Shown here: positions 14,941-22,371 of the stretch, piece by piece | How the letters are laid out: the number at the start of each line of letters is the position of its first letter | Numbering within the stretch: the stretch's first letter is position 1 | From: an uncultured bacterium | GTDB lineage: Bacteria; DAOPZR01 | Assembly (NCBI GenBank): GCA_964517215.1 | Contig: CAZFBR010000003.1 | Span: 1 to 54,053, forward strand | Length of the DNA stretch: 54,053 nt | Reading direction: 5' to 3' | Notes under the pieces: model-generated | Told to the model about the DNA's origin: nothing | What the model saw: only the letters and a program-made list of their open reading frames with translations | Databases searched by the model: none | Made by a program: the position numbers and the translations under genes

Positions 14941-16115
14941 CAATTCCGGTTATCGAGTCAGCGGACCTCGAGCGACTGGAGGAAGCGTTTCCGGGCTTGG
15001 AATTTAATGACGCAGAGCGTCGTGCGGTTCTAATTTCGACCGGCACAATCGATGTCCAAGCTGCTCCTGGGAGCGGCAAGACGACGTTATTGGCTGCAAA
15101 GTTGCTCTTGATGGCACAAAAGTGGTCGCATGACAACTGCGGTATATGCGTGCTCAGCCATACCAATGTCGCCAGAGACGAGATTACGAAACGGCTAAGT
15201 CCGACGTCGAGTGGTGCCAGGCTTCTTGGCTATCCGCATTTCATCGGGACAATTCATGCTTTCGTCAACCTGTTCATGGCACTGCCGCTCCTGCGAAGCG
15301 ACGGTGAAGCGGTTGATATCATAGACAATGATGTATTTGCTGCCCGTGCCCTTTCTCTGCTGCAATATAAACATAAGCTAAACTACTGGGTGAATCAGCA
15401 TCCATACCAAGGTCCTGACACTGTCGAAACGTTGTGTTATGAAGGCCCTGATTTGAAGTTGGGATGTGAAAAGGGGAATCTCCCGGGCGAAGGTAATCCC
15501 ACCCATACACAGGCCAAGGAACTCAAGGACGAACTGGCTAATCGCGGGGTTTTCCGTCACGCGGACATGTTCGCATTCGCCGAGCGGCTCTTGCGGCGGG
15601 TTCCTGACCTGCCAAAGAGGTTATCATGGCGATTCCCTCTCGTGCTTATTGACGAGATGCAGGATACAAGTTGGATGCAGGAAGAACTCTTAGCACGCGC
15701 CTTTGACGGCACCGTCGCAGTTCAGCGGTTTGGAGACCGCAACCAACGAATCTTGAGCTCGTCAAAGGACGCAGCCAATCTCAGCTTTCCAAGGGCCGGT
15801 TACTTGAGCGTAACGACAACAAAGCGATGCCCGGAAGCGATTGCCGCTGCTGTACGGGCTGTACAAGAGTTTGGGGAGTCCGTTGAAGCGAACGCAAAAA
15901 ACGGTATGCCGTCACCTGTTCTCATGCTCTACGAAACGATGGCCGTATCATGTGTCATTGATGAGTTCGGAAAGTACGTTATTCAAACATTGCCGGACGA
16001 GTCATACGATTGGGAACGGTCAACGCTATTTGTGCCCGCAAGCAGTGTTCGACAAACAAAGATGCCAGGAGACACCTCGGCGATTACTGGCCGGCTTATG
16101 TCAGTGGAGGATTGA
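14937..16115 (+). CDS. UvrD/PcrA/Rep-like helicase, N-terminal fragment (GajB-like). Frameshifted or split
   Basis: ATGA overlap with the OLD gene. Walker A QAAPGSGKTT and motif II LIDEMQDTS are present. The ORF ends at 16115, while the remainder of the helicase continues in another frame from about 16010. Confidence 0.75.
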   Translation: MTIPVIESADLERLEEAFPGLEFNDAERRAVLISTGTIDVQAAPGSGKTTLLAAKLLLMAQKWSHDNCGICVLSHTNVARDEITKRLSPTSSGARLLGYPHFIGTIHAFVNLFMALPLLRSDGEAVDIIDNDVFAARALSLLQYKHKLNYWVNQHPYQGPDTVETLCYEGPDLKLGCEKGNLPGEGNPTHTQAKELKDELANRGVFRHADMFAFAERLLRRVPDLPKRLSWRFPLVLIDEMQDTSWMQEELLARAFDGTVAVQRFGDRNQRILSSSKDAANLSFPRAGYLSVTTTKRCPEAIAAAVRAVQEFGESVEANAKNGMPSPVLMLYETMAVSCVIDEFGKYVIQTLPDESYDWERSTLFVPASSVRQTKMPGDTSAITGRLMSVED

Positions 16116-16867
16116 CGACGACAGGAGAAGAGAGTGCCTTCCGATTGCTTGCCGACCATCCGTCCATGGGAATATCGCAACTGGGTCTCGATAGTCGAGC
16201 ACGTGAAGTAAAGCGGGTCGTGTTGTTGGCACTCAGAAAAGCTGGAAGCCAAGCGGTGGTAGGCGTCCGAGACGCGTCGGGCCTGCTGCGCAAGCTTGAG
16301 GCTGACGGCGTTAATTGTACGCCGGTGCGTCTTCTTTGCCGCGAGCTGACTGTTGGACGGGGTCATACGGCTAACGCCGCTTCGTGGGCAGATACCATTG
16401 ACAAAATATTCTCCGGACTTAGCCCGCTGTTGCCGGATGGGATGAGCCGGAACGACTTTAGGGCTCTCCCGTTGTTTGAGATTCCTTCAGGCCCGGCATC
16501 GGCTGTTTTGACGGCGAACGAGTGTGTAGTGCGCAGTGGCGAGCGTTCGGTTTGCATCCAGATTGGTACTATAGCCTCAGTGAAAGGTGAGACGCATGTG
16601 GCCACGCTCGTGATGGAAGCGCATGGCGGTCAGGCCAGGTGTTTTGACCTGGAAATGGCTTTATCCAATCTAAGCGACGGTACGCCAATCGCATCAACAA
16701 CATCAGAAATAAAGCGGTCACTTTACCGAAATCTGTATGTCGCGATGTCGCGTCCAACACATCTACTGTGCTTAGCCGTAAATAAATCACGGACGCAGCT
16801 TGCACAGGTTCAAGCGCTGATTGAAAAGGGTTGGCAGGTAGTTGAAGTTGGCGGGTCTGCACATTAA
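16010..16867 (+). CDS. UvrD-like helicase, C-terminal fragment (continuation of 14937-16115 in another frame)
   Basis: Overlaps the previous ORF by 106 nt in a different frame. It carries late UvrD-family motifs IGTIASVKGETH and YVAMSRPTHLLCL (motif VI-like). Confidence 0.7.
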   Translation: MGTVNAICARKQCSTNKDARRHLGDYWPAYVSGGLTTTGEESAFRLLADHPSMGISQLGLDSRAREVKRVVLLALRKAGSQAVVGVRDASGLLRKLEADGVNCTPVRLLCRELTVGRGHTANAASWADTIDKIFSGLSPLLPDGMSRNDFRALPLFEIPSGPASAVLTANECVVRSGERSVCIQIGTIASVKGETHVATLVMEAHGGQARCFDLEMALSNLSDGTPIASTTSEIKRSLYRNLYVAMSRPTHLLCLAVNKSRTQLAQVQALIEKGWQVVEVGGSAH

Positions 16868-16883
16868 TTGTTAGCTCCAATGA

Positions 16884-17297
16884 CTACAAACGCTTGAGCC
16901 CGGTAATCATGTCGTCCAGGAAGACGCGTTGTTTGGGTGTTAGCTGCTTAATCTTCTCGACTATGACCATATCCTCGGCGCGGTTGGTGGGTTTCTCCTC
17001 GTTGCTCAGCCCCAATAGATAATCGGTACTGACCTCAAAGTAGAGCGACAGCAGCATTATGGTACGAGAGTCTATGCGCTTGACTTTGTTGTTTTCCAAG
17101 CGAGCGACTCCTGCTTGGCTTAGGCCAATTCTCTTACCCAATTCGGCTTGGCCCTTGTCCTCCTTATCTTTTTGTTTTCTCAATCTCGCGATTGTGCTGC
17201 CGATGTTTTCGGCGAGGTTGTTTACTTTTTTTAGTGTATCTTCGTCGACATCGAAGAAACGAGAATTATCATCTTTTGAAATGCTTTTCTGGTCCAT
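16884..17297 (-). CDS. XRE-family helix-turn-helix transcriptional regulator
   Basis: 137 aa. The HTH segment QAELGKRIGLSQAGVARLENNK is Cro/C1-type. RBS AAAGGGGA precedes the ATG at 17297. Confidence 0.85.
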   Translation of the reverse strand: MDQKSISKDDNSRFFDVDEDTLKKVNNLAENIGSTIARLRKQKDKEDKGQAELGKRIGLSQAGVARLENNKVKRIDSRTIMLLSLYFEVSTDYLLGLSNEEKPTNRAEDMVIVEKIKQLTPKQRVFLDDMITGLKRL

Positions 17298-17325
17298 GAT
17301 ATCCCCTTTAGGATAGCCTAAGTTA

Positions 17326-17353
17326 TTATACCATAAAATGTGACATTGTCAAC
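17326..17353 (-). promoter_or_regulatory. Sigma70-type promoter for the XRE gene: TTGACA-16 nt-TATAAT
   Basis: On the minus strand, TTGACA is at 17353-17348 and TATAAT at 17331-17326, about 30 nt upstream of the ATG at 17297. Confidence 0.55.
17342..17352. promoter_or_regulatory. Perfect palindrome TGACATTGTCA overlapping the -35 box; candidate XRE operator
   Basis: The sequence tgaca-t-tgtca was read directly at 17342-17352. Its position over the -35 suggests autoregulation. Confidence 0.4.
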
Positions 17354-17673
17354 GGGGAAAGAATATATTTATTCAATGTGAGTCTGATAGCGCTTAAAAA
17401 TATGCAAGTTAACTTGAACTATAAATAACACAACAGGTGTCGCGGCGTTTGAAAATGCCAGCGAAAAAATCCTGCAACATCTGATACAGATTGACAATCA
17501 CCGTCGAAGAACACAGATTATCTCTAAGGAAAGATGTGTTTTTTGTCGCGCGCGCTTTCCCGGATAACACGAAAGCTACCGGTTTTGACCAAATAAAGCC
17601 AAAAAAAGTATCAGTATAAAGCTATGAATATAAATGATAAATAAACGATATTCAAAAAGCGACTAAAATGACC

Positions 17674-17702
17674 TTGCAATGACTAACAAAATATGTTATA
17701 AT
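17674..17702 (+). promoter_or_regulatory. Sigma70-type promoter TTGCAA-17 nt-TATAAT facing the 17971 gene
   Basis: TTGCAA is at 17674-17679 and TATAAT at 17697-17702, inside a very AT-rich spacer (25% GC at 17581-17640). Confidence 0.5.
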
Positions 17703-17970
17703 GACTATGTAGTCGATTGGCGCATTTGCTGGTGGATATGTGGCGCGCATAAAATATATTGTGGGCGAATAGTGGCTATTCGCCGAAGGAGATGACAGCA
17801 ACGACGGTGTTGCAGGCAGGACACGACGGACGGACCGGCAGGTAGTTCTCGCCGGGCATCCCGCCCGGATAAAGCAGTACCGGCATCAGCACGGCGCCGT
17901 TAACGCTGGCCGGAAAACGACGGTTGGCCAGCGGGTGTCAAACGGGGCGCGGCCGATGAAAGGGAGAAGT

Positions 17971-18855
17971 ATGGCGAATAAAAAGAAAAATCGCATGGTA
18001 AAACTGCAGGGGTATCAAGCAGAAGACGCGGCTCGGTTAGGACTCGATGACGCACCGAACAGCCTTCCAGACTCTTCCACGGTTGTCGGCAAGGTTGAAG
18101 TAGTTCCGTTTAACCTTGACTGCACATATCTTGCCGACGGGACACTTAATACTGACTTGGCACAGGGAAAACACTACGGGCTAGGAAGGACAGAAGGAGG
18201 AGATTGGTACTTATGCGTGGGTGAAGCAAAGTTACCGGAAGTGAATCGTATGCGTCGGTATTACGCGTTTCTAATATCAGAAGCCTTGGCAGAATCATAC
18301 GTACTTCAGCGGGCGCCGCAGGATTATAAGCGATTTTTCGGCTCGGAAAAGTCGCTGTCGCTTCCGGTCGGGAGTATCGTGGAACCCGCCGCACCGGTCG
18401 TTTTGAACATAGACCCCGAAGAACTCGCTAACAACCCGACTCGTTACGGCGCGTCGTCATCGGACATGATGGTCCGGATGTTGGAGCAGGGTGGGTGGCG
18501 CCGGCTTCCCAAACGCGGGGGTCGGTTGTCATTTGCTGATGATGCGGTATTCATAGACCTCTGTCCGTTCGTCGACTATATTGCGATTGCGAAAATTGTC
18601 GTTGTGCCGGAACTGCGCGGGCAGGGCAAGGCAACAGCAGCGTTGACTAAGTTGACTTCTATCGCAGATAAAACGAATTGTTGTCTCAAGCTCGAAGCTT
18701 ATCCGTTTAGACGTGGCGGGTTGCGTCAGGTGCAGTTAGTCAGGTGGTATCAACGCAACGGCTTTGTTCTATTTGGAAGGGAATGGTGCAAACATGCTGG
18801 TCGGCAGATGTTCAGAATGCCGCGCGTGCAGCAAAATCTGGCCATCGCAATATAG
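17971..18855 (+). CDS. Hypothetical protein with a C-terminal GNAT acetyltransferase-like domain
   Basis: The ATG at 17971 is preceded by GGGAGAAG; the ORF-track start at 17935 is a GTG with no RBS. The C-terminus VVVPELRGQGKATAALTKL...WYQRNGFVLFG fits GNAT motif A. Confidence 0.65.
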   Translation: MANKKKNRMVKLQGYQAEDAARLGLDDAPNSLPDSSTVVGKVEVVPFNLDCTYLADGTLNTDLAQGKHYGLGRTEGGDWYLCVGEAKLPEVNRMRRYYAFLISEALAESYVLQRAPQDYKRFFGSEKSLSLPVGSIVEPAAPVVLNIDPEELANNPTRYGASSSDMMVRMLEQGGWRRLPKRGGRLSFADDAVFIDLCPFVDYIAIAKIVVVPELRGQGKATAALTKLTSIADKTNCCLKLEAYPFRRGGLRQVQLVRWYQRNGFVLFGREWCKHAGRQMFRMPRVQQNLAIAI

Positions 18856-18888
18856 CGACGATATACGATGCAAGGCGAGGAGCAGAGC

Positions 18889-19212
18889 ATGAGCACTAAC
18901 CGTTTAAAAAGGATGCCACACTATAGTATCGGTTGCCTGGCTGTGGACGCCGACGGCAGGTGCCAGAGCGCGCTCGCGGCGGCCGGCAAGCTTGCCAAGG
19001 AGAAGTACGGGCCTGACGCAGAAGTTTTAAATATCCAGGTGCCGTTTCCCATAACCGAAAACCGGCCGGCGTCGTACAGGGTTTGTATCGGGCGCTGCGA
19101 TTCCCAGTATACGACGCGGCTGGCGACCTGCGAAGTGATTGTCATCACGGTTCACGCGGAATACAGCTTGATAAAACGTCGGCAGGCAAGACCGTGGCGG
19201 ATGCCAATGTGA
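18889..19212 (+). CDS. Hypothetical protein
   Basis: 107-aa ORF. The ATG at 18889 is preceded by GAGGAG; an alternative ATG is at 18868. No recognisable motif. Confidence 0.5.
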   Translation: MSTNRLKRMPHYSIGCLAVDADGRCQSALAAAGKLAKEKYGPDAEVLNIQVPFPITENRPASYRVCIGRCDSQYTTRLATCEVIVITVHAEYSLIKRRQARPWRMPM

Positions 19213-19289
19213 TGATTTGAACAGTATTGTGTAGTATTGATGATATGTAATATCTGTTCGCCGGGGGGGCAGGAAAAATCATTTCCTAG

Positions 19290-19298
19290 TGGTATAAT
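19290..19298 (+). promoter_or_regulatory. Extended -10 element TGgTATAAT upstream of the 19316 gene
   Basis: Read directly at 19290-19298. No good -35 box. It lies very close to the RBS GAAGGGGA, so the leader would be short. Confidence 0.3.
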
Positions 19299-19315
19299 AC
19301 GGTGAAGGGGACGAC

Positions 19316-19840
19316 ATGAAAAGCGAAACACCGACGGGAGCGACACACTATGACGTGATGGCAGCGTGCATGGTCAACGGTCTGATTACGACCGTCATGA
19401 CGGCAGCTGCAGCGGAAATAGCAAAGCGTCGTGCGGAAACGGGCATGCCTGTAACAGCGTCAGAACTCATAGTGTCCGGTCGCAACTACCGCGATGCGGT
19501 GCTGCGGCAACTACGCGCGGAACAGCGGCGGATACAGCGTGACGGTCTGGCACAGCGCGAGGCGAGGGCCGTGCTGCTTCCGCCCCCTCCAGTTCAGTAT
19601 CTTACGACCACGCAGGCGGCGCGGATGTGCGGCATCGGCTTGTCTACGGTGCGGCACGCGGTCGCTGAGCATCCTGACCTTGCCGATAAATTCGCGGCAA
19701 CGGCACTGCCGGGTCGCGGCAGGCCGGGTAAAGACAGCAGACCGGCAGTGTCCTACCGGTGGACGCAGCAGGGGTTAATCGCATTTCTGTCCGCCGTGCG
19801 AGACGGCGTCGACACGCCGGAGGTGCGGCTTGAACGCTAA
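19316..19840 (+). CDS. Hypothetical HTH protein, possible excisionase or recombination directionality factor
   Basis: 174 aa. The segment LTTTQAARMCGIGLSTVRHAV resembles MerR/excisionase-type HTH. It lies immediately upstream of, and overlaps, the integrase gene. Confidence 0.55.
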   Translation: MKSETPTGATHYDVMAACMVNGLITTVMTAAAAEIAKRRAETGMPVTASELIVSGRNYRDAVLRQLRAEQRRIQRDGLAQREARAVLLPPPPVQYLTTTQAARMCGIGLSTVRHAVAEHPDLADKFAATALPGRGRPGKDSRPAVSYRWTQQGLIAFLSAVRDGVDTPEVRLER

Positions 19841-21554
19841 AACTGACAAGCTGGCAGCGACACGCGCAGCACAAAAGCAGGCAGCGGCGGCACGCGCAGC
19901 GCAGTTGGCAATGGCTCGTGAGACGATGATAACGCTGCTCAAGAACGGTTTATCCATGCCCGAACTCAATAAGCTGGTGGCCGATGCGGCCGCGGGACGG
20001 ACGGAATTGACGCCGGCGGAATTCAGGGCGCGTTACCCGGGTGCCTGGATAGTGACCGACAAACAGGGTAACAAGACATACAGGTGGGCGGCTCGCATGC
20101 GTCGCCACAAGTACGGGCCGCGTGTTGATGTTACTATTGGCACTAGCCAAGCAGAGGCGATTGAGACCTACAACCGCTTGAGGGAAGAGGTGCGCGAATA
20201 CAATACGGGCAAGGTTGAGACTGTTCCAACGCTGGATGCCATCAAAGGCCGGACACCGGCAGCGGTTGCAATGGTAACCACGATGCGTACTATAGCTCAG
20301 CAGCTTGACCGCGATATGGCAGAGCGTGCCGCCGACCCGACTAAGGCAAAATGTCATAATGCACGTTCATTACTGCGCAAGATGCTTGGATGTGAGGCGG
20401 CGAACACGTTGACCCGCGAGCGTGTCAAAGAATATTGTGCTGTACTAGTGTGGCGCGGCAATAAGGATAAATCCATAAAGGAAGCAATATTTCATCTGCG
20501 CGCGGTAATAGCGCGTATGATACCGGATAATGATAAGACGACACGTAACCTTGTGTCGGATATGGTGAGCGAGCGGCAAGCACGGTTGCAGCCGGTCGAG
20601 GCGCTCTGGTCTGACGAACGTGCAACGTTGGCATTGGCATTGTTGGCGCAAGCTAAGCGGAAAAAAGGGAAAATTACTACTGCCGATGAGAATGAGGCGA
20701 TAACGAAGCTTCTTGCAACGGGAAACGACTACACCCCGCATACTATGCGGCGTAAAGGACTCATATCCCCGACGGCATGGGCGAGCATTGAGCAGAAGCT
20801 GATTGTCCATATCGTTAAGCCGATTTCGCGACACACACCGGTTTACAGGCGATTGTCTACGGGAAGCTATTTGCGCGCCAAACACGCGCGGCGGCGGGTG
20901 GATATCCGAAAGGCACGCGAGGTGGTGTTGTTTCTCCGTGTCATCAAGGGCCAATTTCAGCGCTTTGAAGCGATGCGGGCGTTGCGCTGGACGCCGACTG
21001 CGGCGGATAAGGGCAACTTCGTTGATTTCGATGCGGGAGAACTAGTGCTGCACGATACTAAAAACACGCACGCAGGTCGTTGCATCGTTGAGCGACAGGC
21101 TCTTAATCCAGAGATTGCCGACGAGCTGCGGCTGCATCGGCGGCGGTATCCTAAAGGTGATGAGGTTTTTGGCGTGTTGCCGCGCGACATGAGTCACGCG
21201 CTCGCAGACTATCGTGACCGCGCGGGTATTACAGAACTGGATAATATTAAGTGGTACTCGGCAAAGCATACGGGTATCACCACAGCACGCGGTTCTGGGG
21301 CCGCAGCGCTTGACCTCGCCGCGGCTGCTAAGGTCACGGCGCAAACTGCTGAGACGTATTACAGACAGGAAGAGCGGGATGCGGCAGCACGGGCGCATGT
21401 CAACTACCACCCCGTCAGCGAAATTAAGGCGGCACGCAAGGGCCGGCTACTGTCTATTGAAGAAGCCAGAAAAAATGCCAATGGCCATGCTGCTGACAGC
21501 GTATTGACAGCGCGGGGGAGTGATTACATGCCACAAGTGAAGAAAAGCCAATGA
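19830..21554 (+). CDS. Tyrosine-type site-specific recombinase (integrase)
   Basis: The C-terminal catalytic region has HTMRRKG, WYSAKHTGITTARGSG and TAETYYRQ (R..H-x-x-R..Y pattern). The start is uncertain: TTG at 19830 or ATG at 19911. Confidence 0.8.
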   Translation: MNAKTDKLAATRAAQKQAAAARAAQLAMARETMITLLKNGLSMPELNKLVADAAAGRTELTPAEFRARYPGAWIVTDKQGNKTYRWAARMRRHKYGPRVDVTIGTSQAEAIETYNRLREEVREYNTGKVETVPTLDAIKGRTPAAVAMVTTMRTIAQQLDRDMAERAADPTKAKCHNARSLLRKMLGCEAANTLTRERVKEYCAVLVWRGNKDKSIKEAIFHLRAVIARMIPDNDKTTRNLVSDMVSERQARLQPVEALWSDERATLALALLAQAKRKKGKITTADENEAITKLLATGNDYTPHTMRRKGLISPTAWASIEQKLIVHIVKPISRHTPVYRRLSTGSYLRAKHARRRVDIRKAREVVLFLRVIKGQFQRFEAMRALRWTPTAADKGNFVDFDAGELVLHDTKNTHAGRCIVERQALNPEIADELRLHRRRYPKGDEVFGVLPRDMSHALADYRDRAGITELDNIKWYSAKHTGITTARGSGAAALDLAAAAKVTAQTAETYYRQEERDAAARAHVNYHPVSEIKAARKGRLLSIEEARKNANGHAADSVLTARGSDYMPQVKKSQ

Positions 21555-21565
21555 GAAACAACTTG

Positions 21566-21612
21566 GATAACATCGGGCTGTTAATCAGGGGGTTGCTGGT
21601 TCGAGTCCAGCT
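21566..21612 (+). tRNA. 3-prime fragment of a tRNA-Asn(GUU)-like gene, not a complete tRNA; putative attR core
   Basis: Reads CTGTTAA (anticodon loop with GTT), TCAGG, GGGTT, the T-arm GCTGG-TTCGAGT-CCAGC, and acceptor TCGGGGA-G-CCA. The complementary 5-prime acceptor strand TCCCCGA is absent about 76 nt upstream. Confidence 0.7.
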
Positions 21613-21627
21613 CGGGGAGCCAATTTA

Positions 21628-21661
21628 GGCCTTGAACAGCCGCTTTCTCAAGTGAGAAAAC
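21628..21661 (+). terminator. Rho-independent terminator downstream of the tRNA fragment
   Basis: A 13-bp stem, AGCCGCTTTCTCA / TGAGAAAACGGCT with one mismatch, is followed by TTTTTT. Confidence 0.7.
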
Positions 21662-22029
21662 GGCTTTTTTGTGTTTCACTGCTTGCGGACCGTGATATGA
21701 CAATCTATCTGACGGTGAATAGTTTGTCAGCGCCCGGGTAAAGAATTTCAATGACGGCACAAAAGAAACGCTAACTGGCCAGGCGACGTATGCGCAGACC
21801 CAGTTTTTTGTGGAGGGCTTCCACGTTGCTCCTGCCGGCCATGACTTTTTCGCCGGGGGTGGCTTTCTTCAGGCGTGCGTAATTGTGATCCCGAACTTTT
21901 CATATGGTTGCCATGATCTCAACCATATTTCGCCACCTCCCGCGGTGAATGAATCAGGACCTGTTTCATACCAGCGGCTTGATTGACCGGGCTAATCAGG
22001 TTGCGGAAGGACTGACCGGGCGCTGCAGG

Positions 22030-22344
22030 TCAGTCCATCCCTGTAGGGTTGTTGAATGATACATTGATGGTCGGAGAGACTACCCCGCCGGCGGCAAAAG
22101 CAAGCTCGTCATCAGTCAGTTCAGCGCTGGCCAGCGTATCGACGGATTGCACATCGAGGAACGTTTTGCCGTCCAACCCGGTGTGGAAGAGCACCTGGAT
22201 CTGCTGGCTGATGCGGGCGCCGCTCTCCCGCTCCAACACGGCCGCCGGATTATCGCGCAGTTCGATCAGCAACGTTGCATCCTGCTTTGCCCGGACGAGC
22301 ACGGATTCCGCCAGTGTCCGCAGCTGCTGTAGGGTTTGTTCCAC
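22030..22344 (-). CDS. NHLP (nitrile hydratase-like leader peptide) family RiPP precursor
   Basis: GGAGG lies 7 nt before GTG 22344. The long leader has the NHLP-like pattern ...RDNPAAVLERESGARISQQIQV... and ends in ELTDDELAFAAGG, a double-Gly site. The predicted core is VVSPTINVSFNNPTGMD and has no Cys. Confidence 0.7.
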   Translation of the reverse strand: MEQTLQQLRTLAESVLVRAKQDATLLIELRDNPAAVLERESGARISQQIQVLFHTGLDGKTFLDVQSVDTLASAELTDDELAFAAGGVVSPTINVSFNNPTGMD

Positions 22345-22371
22345 CAAGGTACCTCCACGTGTCGACGGTCA

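Noticed and set aside
21566-21612. Possible complete tRNA gene after the integrase
   Set aside because: Only the anticodon loop, T-arm and 3-prime acceptor strand are present. The sequence about 76 nt upstream of the CCA (gccaatg...) cannot pair with TCGGGGA. I therefore treat it as a displaced tRNA 3-prime half (att site).
21790-21940. Minus-strand small ORF MVEIMATI-stop-KVRDHNYARLKKATPGEKVMAGRSNVEALHKKLGLRIRRLAS, preceded by GGAGGTGG. It faintly resembles a ribbon-helix-helix antitoxin
   Set aside because: An in-frame TGA interrupts it after 8 codons, and the similarity is only an impression. It could be a decayed gene remnant at the island junction. Not supportable as a feature.
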